DNA of 64,000 nt from Azolla caroliniana (lineage: Eukaryota > Plantae > Polypodiophyta): NCBI GenBank assembly GCA_043228905.1, contig JBHGNT010000004.1, positions 5,146,001-5,210,000 on the forward strand, in the 5' to 3' direction. A model generated the notes under the pieces. That model had not been told where the DNA came from. It saw nothing but the letters and a program-made list of their open reading frames with translations, and did not search any database. Of the stretch, positions 1 through 13,206 are shown in pieces. The translations under genes and the position numbers were made by a program. Position 1 is the first letter of the stretch; every line of letters starts with the position of its first letter.

Positions 1-2150
1 TTCAGTCTGTTGCTTTACTTGATTCTGGGGCATCTTCTTGCTTCATCGACGTCGCGTTTGCCCAAGCACATGGCGTACCTGTCGTTGGCCTCTCAAAACC
101 CATTCCAGTTGAAGCCATCGACGGGTGCGTCCTCTCGTCAGGTGCAATTACTCAAGTTACAATCCCATTAGGGCTTTGGGTGGGCTCACACCAAGAGGAG
201 GTCACCTTTTACCTCATCGCATCTCCTCGACATCCGATCGTCTTAGGACTAACGTGGTTGGAGGCGCACAATCCAATAGTGGATTGGTGCAACCGCTCGA
301 TCACATTTAGCAAGCCAAGATGCTCGTGCAAAAGTATGAAGGTAAATTCAGTTTCCTATCCTTCGGAGACGGTCGACTCCGAATTGACTACCCCATCATC
401 CATCCAGGATGGGTTTGTTTGTGGCGCCATTTCTAACACACTCCATGTTATTCCCGAAAAATACCAACACTTCTCCGATGTATTTGAAAAATGTAATGCT
501 AATCGGTTGCCTGAACACCGGCTCTACGACTGTCCGATTGATCTTCAAGAAGGTGCGTGTCCACCCTTTGGTCCTCTATATGCGTTGTCTGCACCAGAGT
601 TGAAGGCCCTTCGTGTGTATCTCGATGAGAACCTCGAGAAAGGCTTTATTCAACCTTCTAAGTCACCAGCCAGGGCCCCCATTTTATTTGTGAAGAAGAA
701 GGACGACTCTCTACGCTTATGCGTCGACTACCGAGGTCTCAACAAACTCACTGTGCGCAACCGCTATCCGCTACCTCTGATCCCCGAACTCCTTGATCGG
801 CTCCGAGTTGCGCGTGTCTTCTCCAAAGTTGATCTGCGTGGAGCGTACAATCTAGTACGCATCAAGCTGGGGGATGAATGGAAAACCGCATTTCGAACAC
901 GGTATGGGCATTTCGAATACAAGGTAATGCCTTTTGGTCTTACTAACGCTCCCACAGTTTTTCAACATATGATGAACGATATTTTCCGGGAATATCTTGA
1001 TCTTTTTGTTGTCATTTACCTCGATGATATTCTCATTTTCTCGCCAAACATGGAGGAGCACACTCGCCAAGTCCGATTAGTTCTTGCCAAACTTCGCGAG
1101 CATGGCCTTTATGCCAAAGGCGAGAAATGTGAGTTCGACCGTACCTCGATCGAATTTCTGGGCTACATCATCTCGCCCACTGGCATCGCCATGGATATGA
1201 AGAAGGTCTCTGTCATTCAGGCGTGGGCGACTCCAAGGCGACTTAAAGATGTGCAATCCTTCCTCGGCTTCGCGAATTTTTACCGTCGCTTCATCAAGGG
1301 GTTTTCCACCCTAGCACAACCTCTTATCGCTCTCACCCATAAAGGCACTCCATTTTTATGGACCTCGGAGGCACAAAATGCGTTCGACTCACTCAAACAC
1401 GCATTCATCACTGCCCCGGTGCTGCTACATGCCGACCCCACAAAACCCTTCCAAGTCGAAACCGATGCCTCTGACTTTGCCATTGGCGCCATCTTATCCC
1501 AAGCAGACGACAACAACCTAATGCACCCAGTGGCTTACTATTCCCGAAAATTTATGGCATCCGAAATCAATTATCCCATTTACGACAAGGAGCTTGCTGC
1601 TATCATTGCTGCCTTTGAAGAATGGCGACCCTACTTGGCCGGCGCACAACATCGTGTCCAGGTAGTGACTGATCATAAAAATTTAGTTTATTTTTCCACC
1701 ACTCGTACTTTGAATCGAAGGCAGGCCCGTTGGTCGACATTTCTCGCCGACTACGATTTTGAGATCGTATTTCGACCTGGTGGCCAACATGGGAAGGCTG
1801 ATGCCCTTTCTCGCCGAGCTGACCTTGCACTCTGCCCTGGGGATGCTGCTTATGCTCAACAATCTAGACGTTTGTTGAAACCCGACCAATTGCATCTGTT
1901 TGCCACTTGTATGTTGCAGGATGATTCTTTACTCCAACAAATCACTGATGCATCCAAGACCGATGCGTTCGCCAACGAGATTCGAGATAGTCTGCAAAAC
2001 CCCTCCAAGGCGACCAAAAGGAAGGATCTTGACACCTTCACCATACAAGAGGGTTTGTTGTTCCAAGATCATCTCTTATACGTCCTAGAGGGCCCATGTC
2101 GCACCCAGGTGTTGCGGGAATGCCACGATGACCCACTTGCAGGTCATTTC
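1..2150 (+). mobile_element. pol: Ty3/gypsy (chromovirus/Tf2-Tcn1-like) pol fragment: protease-RT-RNase H-start of integrase, 3'-truncated
   Basis: LLDSGASSCF protease motif at the window start (frameshift near 125). ORF 180-2177 has [24 protein letters not shown], RNase H TDASDFAIG/YDKEL and integrase zinc-finger start HDDPLAGHF, then breaks off. Confidence 0.92.
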
Positions 2151-2156
2151 GAACCA

Positions 2157-2391
2157 TGTTATAATCTAGTATTATGAGTTAACCAAGATATCTAGTACTA
2201 GTTATGTATGTAATTGGTCCTTATTATTTTGCTAGCATCATGTGCATAGTTGCTCCCTTGTAGTATTTACACTTTTGCACATGCATGCATACCTACATGC
2301 TCTATTGTAGATTCACATGCGTGCAACAAGTATGCATGCCATGTAGTATAAATAGAGGAGTTCACCTTGAAGGAATTCAAGGTGAACAACA
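2157..2391 (+). mobile_element. LTR-like fragment
   Basis: Starts TGTT exactly where pol stops, has TATAAATA at about 2347 and a possible AACA end at 2391. No partner LTR in the window, so the right boundary is uncertain. Confidence 0.45.
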
Positions 2392-2987
2392 CTAGTTATG
2401 GAGTCTTTCCTTTAATACTATCTTCTTTCTTGTCCATTTGGTTATCTTCTTGCTTGTTTCTTGAGTTTATGATCCGTGACAGATGGATTCACCTTCCATT
2501 TCTTACCGTCTCGTGCCACAATTCTAATCGGGGACCAACGAGCACCTACAACTACAGATCCCAACTGGATGATCTTCCCATTCTTTCCTATACCCTTGGT
2601 ATTGATAACTTTTCGGGCATCATCACATTGTCCAAACCATTCACCCTCATCCCCATTACTAATAGGAATAGAGTAAACAACTTTATCGACTAGATCAAAC
2701 ATCTTCCTACCATTTCTGAACTTTCTCGCATCTTCATATAATTTATCCCGATTACTAGGGGACAACTACATCCAATTTGCCATTGACTGAATGCCAATAC
2801 CATGCAATATAGCCCACGACATACCCTTGTGCTGGCCAAGCATCTTCCCCTCGATCGACTTTAAGGTCTCGTTCCACAATAGGGGTTGGTGCATCCATTC
2901 AACATTAGTACTTGGACCTATACTCCTAAGATGCCCACAGAGCATATCCCACGCCTTCATCACTGACATACATGTGCAATCAGCCAA

Positions 2988-4292
2988 TCAATTAGATTTC
3001 CTAAGCTTTAAGTCCATACAAAAGAGCCATGATTTATGTGGCTTCCATTGTCCACCAAGTCGTGGACTCCAAAGGATGCTCCAATTAAAAATCAATGTTT
3101 TCCATAACTCATTTCCGGGCAGCAAGCTCCTTACCAATACCTTACATAGCAATGATTGACTTTGTACTCCAGGGTCTATCAATCCTAGAACCCCCTTACT
3201 TTTGGGAAGAATCAACGTAGACCATGATACTTTAGCTGTCGCGTTGTCTTTCCTATTCCCAACCCATAGAAAGCCCCTAATACACGCTTTAACAATAGGA
3301 ATAACATGCTTGTCAAACATCCACACTGAGACCGCGTGCCACATAGTAGACAAGAGCTCATGGTTAGCTACTATGATCCTGCTAGCTAATGATAAATTAA
3401 TCCCTGACCAGATACGGATTTTGTTGCAAATTTTACTTTGAATTTGTTGCAACTGAATTCTTTTGTCAATATCTACACCAATCCACATTCCCAGACATCT
3501 AATGCCTTCCCCTTTTGCAATCCATCTGAAATCAGCATTTGGTTTCCATATCGGCTCGGCCTCCGAGCTAATCCAAAAACCCTTGGACTTATTCCAATTG
3601 ATGGCGGCTCCTGACGCTTTGCAAAAAAGATCAATAGCAATTTGTGCCCTCCCCAGATTCACTTCATTACCTTGGAGGTATAACATCGTATCATCCGCAA
3701 ACTTCAAGTCGAGCAAGGACTTCCTTGTGTTAGGGATTGAAAGACCATGTAAATTTGCGGTTTGGCTATTCAAAAAGGCAGACATTGCTTCAGTAATAAA
3801 GAGGAATAGAAAGGGGGCAAGATGACAACCTTGCCTTATGGATCTAGTTAGAGAGATTGTAACTCCTTTCCTCCCTGCAATCAACACCTTACTTGAGCCA
3901 TTCTTATATAGGGCTTGAGCAGCACACCTCCATTCCCACAGTAGCTCAATCACCTTCATTACTTCTTCAAGGAAATTCCATTCCACTCGATCATAGGCTT
4001 TCTCGAAGTCAAGCATCAGACAAACTAAGTTTTGCTTCGTCTCCCTTGCTGTCGCAACAGCCTCCCAAAACAATATCACATTGTCCATAATAGATCGATG
4101 CTCCATGAAACCAGTTTGATTGGTCTGGATGATATCTCCTAGAAAGGGCTTGACTCGCTGTAGTAGTATGTTAGCAATTTTTTTATAAATGAGGTTTAAA
4201 ATGGTGATGGGCCTCCATTGTCTAATCTCGTGCGACACCTTCTCCGATTTAGGAATCAGGTATATCAATCCTTCATTGAAACTGCTCGGCAT
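2988..4292 (-). pseudogene. LINE ORF2 reverse transcriptase domain
   Basis: WRPITIL, LDFEKAYDRV, RQGC, FADD, PKSKGVLGL motifs. Confidence 0.9.
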
Positions 4293-4824
4293 CCTTCATT
4301 GAAGCTACAATCTCTTCCTTCTCTATGGTCTTTGACAACTGTAATTTGGCTACCTCTCCAATCTTGGTCTTCAAGCATGCAACTACATGCTGCATCAAGT
4401 GAATCGGTGGGGCTTCTATCAATGTTGGAGCTAAAAGGTCTTTGTAATACTTCGTTGCCATTTGCAAGATTTCATCTTGGTCAGTTGTCATCGAATCATC
4501 CTCTCTCTTAAGACTTAGAATAGGCTTTCCCTTTAGTTTTGGAGCCTTGGTGAGAAAAAACTCACTGTTAACTTTATCTCCCTTGACAACCCAATGTGCT
4601 GCTGACTTTCTGAAGAGGAATTGTTCCCTTTGCTGCCTAATCTCCTACAGCACCCTTGTGGCTTCTTGTAGTCTATCTTTCGCCCAAGAACAGTGAGGGT
4701 CCACTTGCGTAAGCTTTTGAGCTGAGGTGACTGCCTTCCTCAGGCGTTGTAGTCGGGAACGACACCTTATTAGCTCCTCTCTAGCCGCTTTCTGAAGAGC
4801 ATGTGAAGAATTAATAATCTTTTC

Positions 4825-5715
4825 CTATAGTACTTGTAACGGGTCGTCGGATGATGGAGATGCTGACCAAATGTTAAACACTTCTTCCTTAACCTTCTGG
4901 ATACCAAAAATCTTCGAGGGAATCCTCAAATTGCACTCACTCTTCTTCTTATGAATAGGATCGAGAGTCAAGGAGACTGGAAGGTGATCGGAGTAGGTAA
5001 AGCCAGCTAGAATGGATGTGCAACCGCTCCAATCCTCAATTTTGGGGCTCACATAGATGCGGTCCAATCTAGAATGACATCCTTCACTCTCCTTCCAACC
5101 AAAATGTGAAAACCGCAAGGAGTTCTCCTCAACCACCATACTAGAATACCAAGAATCTCTGATTCCAAGCATAGCAATTAGAAAACCCCATGCTCTAAGC
5201 TCCTGTCCTTGTAATAAGTTCGAGTGAGCCCCTAGACAATCATTGGTCCTCTCAGTCATGTTGAAATCTCCTACTACTATCCAGTTGTCATAAGAGGGAA
5301 TTTTCTTTGTCAACTCACTCCAAAAAGAGGTCCTCTCACTGCTACTATTTGTTGCATAGACATTCAGCACCCCAAATTTCACATTCCTCCATTCTAGGTA
5401 ACAGAACATGACCCTTCCTTCTATCAGTATGCCATGGTCCAAAATGGAGATATCCGGTGATTTTCTCACCGAAATACAGACTCCACCTCTCCTCTCTAAC
5501 ACGTCGTGAGCTGGAGCCCACCATGTGTACCAATCCCCTGGCAACGGGTCTTTGAACAGTTCTGTCCTTTCCCGGCCAAGGTGATGCTCTTGTAAGAACA
5601 AAATATCAATCTTCCTACATAAACTAACAACTTCAAATTCCTTTCTAAAAATTCGCTTCTCAAGCAGATGATGGGACCCACCAAGTCCCTGCACATTCCA
5701 AGAGAAAAGTCTCAT
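4825..5715 (-). pseudogene. LINE ORF2 APE-type endonuclease domain
   Basis: SWNVQGL, LQEHH, GDFN, SRLDRIY, SDHLPV motifs. Confidence 0.9.
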
Positions 5716-8436
5716 TGACTTGGGTTCAAAATAAGGGCCAAGGGGGATTCACCCTTGCTCGAAAAATATGTCGTCATCATACTCCATATGTTTTCCCACT
5801 CCATTCTTATTTCCCTTTTTTGATCAGTAGGTAATTCACCACACTGGAAGTGGAACTGACCAAGATTTAGCATAAGATCGTGCACCCTCCATATGCAAAC
5901 CAAGGGAACATTTGGACCAAGTTCAAGAATCTCCCCATGTATCAAGGAGCTCTTCCATTGTGCATGCAACCCTTTAGCTTCGTTTTCAGATATAAGGTAT
6001 CACATACACACTGTTGCCCTGTTACAGAATGTCTTCAAAGCATATTCTTCTCCCCTTCCATCTTCTATATCAGGCTCCAATTCGAAGGAGCAACCGATCT
6101 CCAGTCTACTAGAGTCACTATTGATGAGAACCATGTGTGCTCTATTCCAAACGTGAATTCTTTCCTTGGGAGTACCAATGTTCACTGTGACTTTGGGTAC
6201 CTCCATACCTTGCATCTTCCAATCTTTCATCATAACAAAGTCAACGCCCACAAGCGAGGGATTTCCAGCCTCAATCTGGGCAGTCATTTCCTGCACTTCA
6301 CTAATACCCATGTCTGCACGACTCTCCTTGTCCTTCCCTTTCCTAATCCATGCCTTAACCATTCTTAGGTCTGCTGAAAATATCTTGCCCCGGCTTTCAG
6401 AGGGCTCTACAAGTGTTTCGAAGGTCTCGACTCTTGAAAGCAAATCAATCGGAGTCGTCAAAATTATCTCACCCTCTTCGGGTTCCTCTTCCCTTTGTGA
6501 CAAGATATCAAATTTGTTCGAACTGGAACCAGCACTTGTAAGAGGACCCTTTTGATTGTGAATGCTAGATCTAGCCACTTTCCTTAGCATTACCCATCCT
6601 TCTTCCCCAGTGACTTGCTTCCCAACATGAGCGAGGATCCTCTGCCCACCCATCGCTGACATTGGGTTATCGAGCATCTTGGCGCCTTGGCGCCTTGATT
6701 TCCTTTGCCTTCTCTTTTCTTCCAATACAAAGGGCATTGTTTGGCCTTATGGCCCATTTCCTTACATGCAAAGCACTAGCCCGGTAAGCCTTCATAGCTA
6801 ACCTTCACCACCCTTAGGCCAAAATCCTCCGTGTGAACTCTAATCTCTGTTGGCAATTCTTTTATGTCTCTAACCAACACCTTCAGCTTGGGGATTTCAG
6901 TAACCTTATCGGCAAATGAAGGTTTCTCTATACATACCATCCCAATATTGTGTGCCAACTTTGGGATCAAATGATGGAGTTGGAAGGGTAGGTCTAGGAA
7001 GCATACGGTAATGACCACTGGAGTGCCCACTTTTTTATGCTCCTCCATTGCATTAAAGTCTGGACTCCATTCCAAAATCATGGCTTTGCCATACTTGAGC
7101 ATAATCCATTTGTGGTCTAGAATTTCTTGCACATTATGGCCTTCTTCTAAGATGACATGGTAATAATTAAGGACCATTCACAAAATGTTTAGGATAGGCG
7201 GCATTTTACCCAAAAGGGTTGCTTGTAGCATGTCTCTTAACAACCCTTTACTAGGGCGTCCTCCTAACAGCCGACATATGAATGATGAACATTGCAACCT
7301 ACCCACTTCTTTAGCCAACCTCTGATTCTCGGCCGGAGAAAGATAGAGGTCGATTCCTTTTCTTTCATCAATGTTCCCCTCCATCGACTTCTCTTGGACT
7401 AGATCGAAGTCAATAAACTACTTTTCCGTCATGCCATTGTCAATGATCTCCTTGTTATTCATTTCGGCAAGTGTCGTGTTCAGCTCCCCCCCTAATGGCT
7501 TCTGGTCCTTTGGGCCCGAATGCATACAAGTGGGCATACCAATATCTAATACTTCAGCTTTAGGAGGGCTAGGAACCATACCTATTTTGATTATGTCCAC
7601 TTGAGAAAGCTTGACCGTCGCCATCTCCAAAAGATTGTTGCAGCTCACTGTGCTTTGGCCTTGCAACATCAATAGCCGCCTTTCCATCGTTCGGCCGCCC
7701 GTTGCGAAAGACTTTTCCTTATCGACTATCTTCAATGCCAATCCCGATTTGGGTCGCGCTATTCGACGAGAGGTTTACCGACGTAGAGGCAGAGAAGGCC
7801 ATTGAGGACGATGGAAGGAAGCATTCCCTTTCACTCTCACCTGCTTTTCCTCCATCGCCTCCTCCTCAGACCGCAGCCCCATCCCCTTCTTTGTCGCTCC
7901 CTCGTCACTTGGATGAAGCTCTTCAAAACAATTTCCCCTAGCTGTCAGCACCTCTGAGCAGAACATCTGCTAATAAACGTAGGACAACCACCGACGAGCG
8001 ACCGAAGCTCTCTCCTCCCGCAACAGGACTTGGTCTATGGCGCAGAGCTAACGAACGCGCGCGCTCGTCACCACGTTCCTGCTCCTGCTCGCCACTTCCT
8101 GTTTTATACCATCAAAACTTTACACTTGACTACGTATGTGAAAACACTCTTCAAAAAAATTTAGTTTTAACTTAAAACTTAAAACATTAAAATCAAACCT
8201 AGAGTTATACACTCTTAAAGTATGTATTTAATAAAGGTTATTGTTTAAAATTTCAATCAAATTTCAACTAATATTATTAGTAAAGAGATTAAGAATAAAT
8301 ATTTGAGAATATATACCATTATTACATGATAATGATATTATTTTAAGCGTGTTACCAAAAACATATAATGTTTTGGAAAAAAAATTATATAGTATTAATA
8401 TATTAGAATACACACTTCATATTTATAATAAGTGAC

Positions 8437-8441
<5 letters not shown>

Positions 8442-8472
<31 letters not shown>
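8442..8472. repeat. (AT)n microsatellite
   Basis: Direct reading. Confidence 0.9.
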
Positions 8473-8477
<5 letters not shown>

Positions 8478-9124
8478 GACATGGAAAATAGAATTTTAAC
8501 ATGTCATTTGACATGCATAATTTGTAGGGGCCTTTTGCATGAAAAATGGATATTTAAACTTTATATGTCACTTGATGGACATTTTTATTATGAGTATGTT
8601 TTTTACGGGCAAAATGGCCTTTGATGACACCTGTCAAATTCCTGCCCAAGATGTAACAACTTACCATTGGAGTAAGGTAATTATAATAAACAAAAAATAG
8701 AAATTATTTATATGTAAATAAAGTAAAATGCAATGGCGCTCTCTCTCCCACATTTTCTCTGTCTCATGTTAAGGTGACACATTTTGAGATGTAATCTCTT
8801 GTTTGGTATTATAATCAATTATGGCCTCTTAACAAATGTTAATGTATTCCCCTCCTCTTTCTCTTGTGAAAGCACACAATTATATTTTTATTTTTATTCC
8901 AAAAAAACACTACTTCACATTAGTTAGCAAACGAAGTACATCAAAATTCAAACATATTCAGCAAAACTCACACTTCTTCACACAAAACTAATCATAATCC
9001 CCACCCCGTCATTTACAATAAAAGTATCCCACCGACTCTTTTTACATGGTAACTTACTTGTACTACAACACATAATTATATGAATATATTTTTATGAAAA
9101 ACACTAGAATGGTACAACTTAGTG

Positions 9125-9403
9125 CTTTTTTTTTCTCCAAAATAAAGCTTCTTTCCCATTAGTCAGGAAGGATTATTACAAAGAGACTATACAAGGAGGC
9201 TTATACACAAAACGGGGAATCTCCCTCCAATCAAGTTCAAGAAAAAGAGACTACTTACATAGTAGATACCTATAGCTAAAAGTGGTGCCCTTTAGTGTCA
9301 ATCAATATGAGTCGACTCTTGGGGTCTACAACGAAGGGAGGGTAGCAAGTGAGAAGGAAACAACCAGCGTGGGGGCTAGTAGTTCCACCTCCTTGCGTCA
9401 CCT
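9125..9403 (-). mobile_element. Short retroposed insertion (5'-truncated LINE or SINE)
   Basis: Poly-T at the left end (poly-A on -). Flanked by TGGTACAACTTAGTG (9110-9124) and TGGTACAACTCAGTG (9404-9418), a 14/15 TSD. Confidence 0.7.
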
Positions 9404-10404
9404 TGGTACAACTCAGTGTTATCACCATAGATTGACATACACATAATACTCATGATATTCACAATATTCGAGAATAAGAAATGGCCCCAAGAATAATATA
9501 AAACCACTTGTTTTTCAAAATAAATTTACATAATAAAAATTATTTAATTCACTAATAATTAATTAACAAACCTCAAATTACATTTGGTGGGAGAGTTGCA
9601 TATTGGATATGGAGAACCTCATTGTGGTTCCCATTCCATTGATAATGGGAGAGTCACGTCTCGGGGACCCAAGAACCTCACTACGGTGACCGGATCTACA
9701 CATTTTATAGTAACTCACATGTCCATTGCTTTAGAGTAACACAACCGAATCCCGACACTTTGAAACCAACCTCGTTTATTGGGACGAACATTGAGTTGCA
9801 TTGTCAAGAATGTGAGCTCTATAATAGTAGAAACACGAGAAAGGTAAATTTAAGTGTCTTTGTGGAAACGAGCCCTACATAGTTGTCTGGCAGTTACCCT
9901 TTCTCAATCTTATTGAGATCTAGCACGCGCCATAACCCCAAACCAAAGAAGAAGAGAAGGTGTTCAATTTTACAAGAGGAGATAAAGCAGAATATTCATA
10001 TCAACAGTACTATAAATAAAAGATACTCCTTTCTAGAATTCATTTTTAGTGTGCATACATAGACAAACCAATTCACAACTTCCTATAAAATGTAATAATG
10101 GAATGCCATGACACACTTCTTCATAATTACTCCGAACACAACTCACTAGTCTTACACCTCGAGTACAAATACAATCACATGATATACATTATAGGGAAAT
10201 CCTCCACAGTATTTTCTAGAACCCCTCTTCAAAGGGTTGCAGAGACAAAGTAGTACGAAGACAAGTGAATCTTAATGGATCGTAGCAGCAAGGCTACTTT
10301 GCCACTTACAATTCCCAACCACATATTTAAGTCGTATGCAAAGGATTCATCAGATTCCCAATCGTTTGTAATTTCCATTTAATTAATTCAGTAACAATGA
10401 TTTA

Positions 10405-10795
10405 ATTAGGATTTCAACAAAACCCTATGTTTGTAGGCTGAGAATAGGATGTAGGCATCACATAGATGATATAGGGGGAGGCAAGGATGTAGTTGAAGTA
10501 GAGGAAATATGGTCGAAATTAGGGTTTCAACAAAACCATGAGTTTGCAAGGATGTAGGGGGGGGGGGGGGGGGGGGGGGGGGGAGGATGTAGGCCAAGAA
10601 GAGGAAATATGTATGGTTGAAGTTAGGGTTTCTACAAATATGCCGAGAATAGGATGTAGGCATTGGGTAGAGGATGTAGGGGGGAGGTGAGGATGCAGAC
10701 TGACAAGAGGAAATATGGTCAAAATTAAGGTTTTCCGCCGAAGCCCTAATTTGTTGGTCGAGAATAGGAGTCTGGGGAAGGCATGGATGTAAGTT
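10405..10795. repeat. Degenerate tandem repeat with a G27 run (10557-10583)
   Basis: Recurring GAGAATAGGATGTAGGC / GAGGAAATATGGTC / TTAGGGTTTC units. Confidence 0.6.
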
Positions 10796-10822
10796 TTAAA
10801 AAACCGAGTACTTTTTTTTCCA

Positions 10823-11343
10823 AAAAAAACACGAATACTTTTACATGTATTTGTATTCGTATACATTTGTGGCGGAGGCCCTATGAATGCAAATATGTCA
10901 ATCTATGGTTGTCACGAATACATGGGTAGTGAGACATTTTGAATCGCCAATAGACAAGATGAACATTCCACCGAGGAGAGAAGTTTCAACTTGCTCTAAT
11001 AAACAAAGTTATTACATCTATACTTCCTTTAACTTTTGTACATATGCTCCAACTGCACGTCTACCTTCAAATAGAAAAACATTGTGCCTATCCTAAAAAA
11101 CACGAATACTTCTACATGTATTTGTATTCGTATACATTCATGGTGGAGGCCCTACGAATGCAAATATGTCAATCTATTTTGAATCTCCAATAGACAAGAC
11201 GAACATTCCACCGAGGAGAGAAGTTTCAACTTGCTCTAATAAACAAAGTTATTACATCTAGATTCTATACTTCCTTTAACTTTCGTACATATGCTCCAAC
11301 TACACGTCTACCTTCAAATAGAAAAACATTGTGCCTATCCTAA
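10823..11343. repeat. Tandem duplication of about 250-270 bp
   Basis: AAAAAACACGAATACTT...CATTGTGCCTATCCTAA occurs at about 10823-11096 and 11095-11343. Confidence 0.85.
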
Positions 11344-11396
11344 TTATGATGCAATCCGCAATAGGTAAAAGAAATTAAAACGATCTCCATTTGTGA

Positions 11397-11427
<31 letters not shown>

Positions 11428-11812
11428 CACATTGGGATTTTTGTATTCTCTTTGTCTCTCTCATTATGTTGAAACACACAATCATATTAATAAATGTATG
11501 TTGGAAACACTCTAACGGTACCAAAATTGTGTGTACTAGTCACCACTATAAGGGTAGTAGCACATGTTGAATTGGCAATAGGCAAGACAAACACTCCATA
11601 GATGAAGGAATCTTTACTAGCTTCAATAAAGAAAATTGACATATTAGTACTCCCTTCAATGTTTGTACATATGCTTTAACTTCAAAATACTCAATATCCT
11701 AATTATCCAACAATACTCAATATCTCAAAAATAGAAAAACGATCACCATCTCTAATTTTGGGTTGGCATGTATTATCGTGCAAACATCCATTATCTTTGC
11801 GTTAAATTAAAA

Positions 11813-12129
11813 TGTGACAAAACTTGACAAACTTGAGAAATGTAACTCCAAATATGAGGACAAATTGGACATTGTATGAAACAATGAGTATCATCTTCCA
11901 CTTCAACAATGCAAAAGAAGCTATTGCTTGTTGCTAGTCCACACCACTTTAGAGCGGCAATTTTAGGTCAACCTGCATGTATTGAGAAAACATCCATTGT
12001 CTTGGGGTCAAATAACAACGTGACAAAACTTTCAAAAATCGAGAAATGTAACTCCGAATAAGACGAGCAATTGGACCTTGTATGAAACAATGAGTACTAT
12101 TATCTTCCATTTAAACAATGCAAAAGAAG
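11813..12129. repeat. Local direct repeat of about 110 bp
   Basis: TGACAAAACTT...GAGAAATGTAACTCC...AACAATGCAAAAGAAG at about 11815-11920 and 12021-12129. Confidence 0.7.
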
Positions 12130-12510
12130 GTCGAATGTAATATAGAACACTCTCCAGCTCCTCATATCTTTTGGTTTGTTCCAACATCGGGATTTTTGTA
12201 ATCTTATATCCTTTGCTTATAATATAAATCATCTTCTTGTCCCAATTCTCTTGATCTCAAGAGTGATTAGTTCGTTTTCAAGGACCCCATAATCTAGGTG
12301 GCATAATACACAAACACACACACACATTATTATATAATGTTGTGTTCTTTTTGGTTTTCTATAAATGGTTCGGTTCGGTTGCGAGGCAAAGAAACCAAAC
12401 CGAACCGAAGCCATAAGATAAAGAATGGATAGACTCTGAACATTAGGGTTTTCTTGTTTGTCACGGAGCAATGTTTACAGAGAGAGCTCAGAGAGAGAGA
12501 AGGAATATGA

Positions 12511-13206
12511 TCAGAGGAATTCGATGAGATGGTGATATACGGAGGATGTGAGCTGCGAGATGGAGCAGGTGCCACGGGCGCCATTGAAATGGCCGGTCCC
12601 GCCCACCACAGCGAGCGTGGATGGCGCGTTCAGCACTATCCCTTGAATGCTCAGCGTCCCATTCACCCCTGTCTCAGGATTAGTGTACTGGAGGACCTCC
12701 ACCTCCACCAGGAAGCTCTGCCCGCTCACATACCCTGATTGCAGGGTATAGCCCCTCATCACGCCCACCGCGGTCGAGCTCTCCATGTCCTCCCCGTCCG
12801 TCGCGTTGAATGCGAAGAGCTGCATCGTCCCGAAGGATGCCGATTTGCTGGAATTCACGGGAGGAAGGAGGCCGGCCAGATTCGCAGCCCCTGGCTGCAC
12901 ATGGACATAATACTGGAGTGTCGTGCCGCCCAATCCCGAGCTAGATGTCGGTGATGAAGTCGTGCCGGCCGAGTTGCTAGTGCTGCTACTACTAGGGCTG
13001 CCTAACTGTTGCAATCTCAAGAGGCCGATTGGTGTGGGGATGAACGCGAAGGCGGCCGCGAACACGAGGAAGAGGAGGAGCACTACGGCCACGGCCGTAA
13101 TGAGTGCCTGGCCAATCATGGCGTTCCACCTCGTGCCGCTCTGGAATATAGTGGCCTGCCTCGATAGTGTGGGCAGCCTAAGCGAGGTGGAATTCGGTGT
13201 CGGCAT
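12511..13206 (-). CDS. Dirigent-like protein (divergent) with N-terminal transmembrane anchor and Ser/Thr-rich linker
   Basis: 231-aa intronless GC-rich ORF in an AT-rich context. C-terminal LAVVGGTGHFNGARG dirigent motif, NGTLSIQG, FG(TM) and YYVH equivalents, and a hydrophobic segment at about aa 30-56. Confidence 0.82.
   Translation of the reverse strand: MPTPNSTSLRLPTLSRQATIFQSGTRWNAMIGQALITAVAVVLLLFLVFAAAFAFIPTPIGLLRLQQLGSPSSSSTSNSAGTTSSPTSSSGLGGTTLQYYVHVQPGAANLAGLLPPVNSSKSASFGTMQLFAFNATDGEDMESSTAVGVMRGYTLQSGYVSGQSFLVEVEVLQYTNPETGVNGTLSIQGIVLNAPSTLAVVGGTGHFNGARGTCSISQLTSSVYHHLIEFL

Larger units (their letters stand above)
2442..8105 (-). mobile_element. Degenerate near-full-length L1-clade LINE (ORF1 + ORF2)
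   Basis: ORF1 pieces 7741-6000 with a CCHC knuckle (CFACKEMGHKAKQC just past the stop at 6776). ORF2 has APE endonuclease 5715-4825 and RT 4292-2988. GC-rich 5' UTR at about 7750-8105. Multiple stops and frameshifts. Confidence 0.9.

Noticed and set aside
10557-10583. G27 run as a functional G-quadruplex
   Set aside because: Looks like slippage expansion of the short G-run in neighbouring repeat units, and homopolymer length is unreliable.
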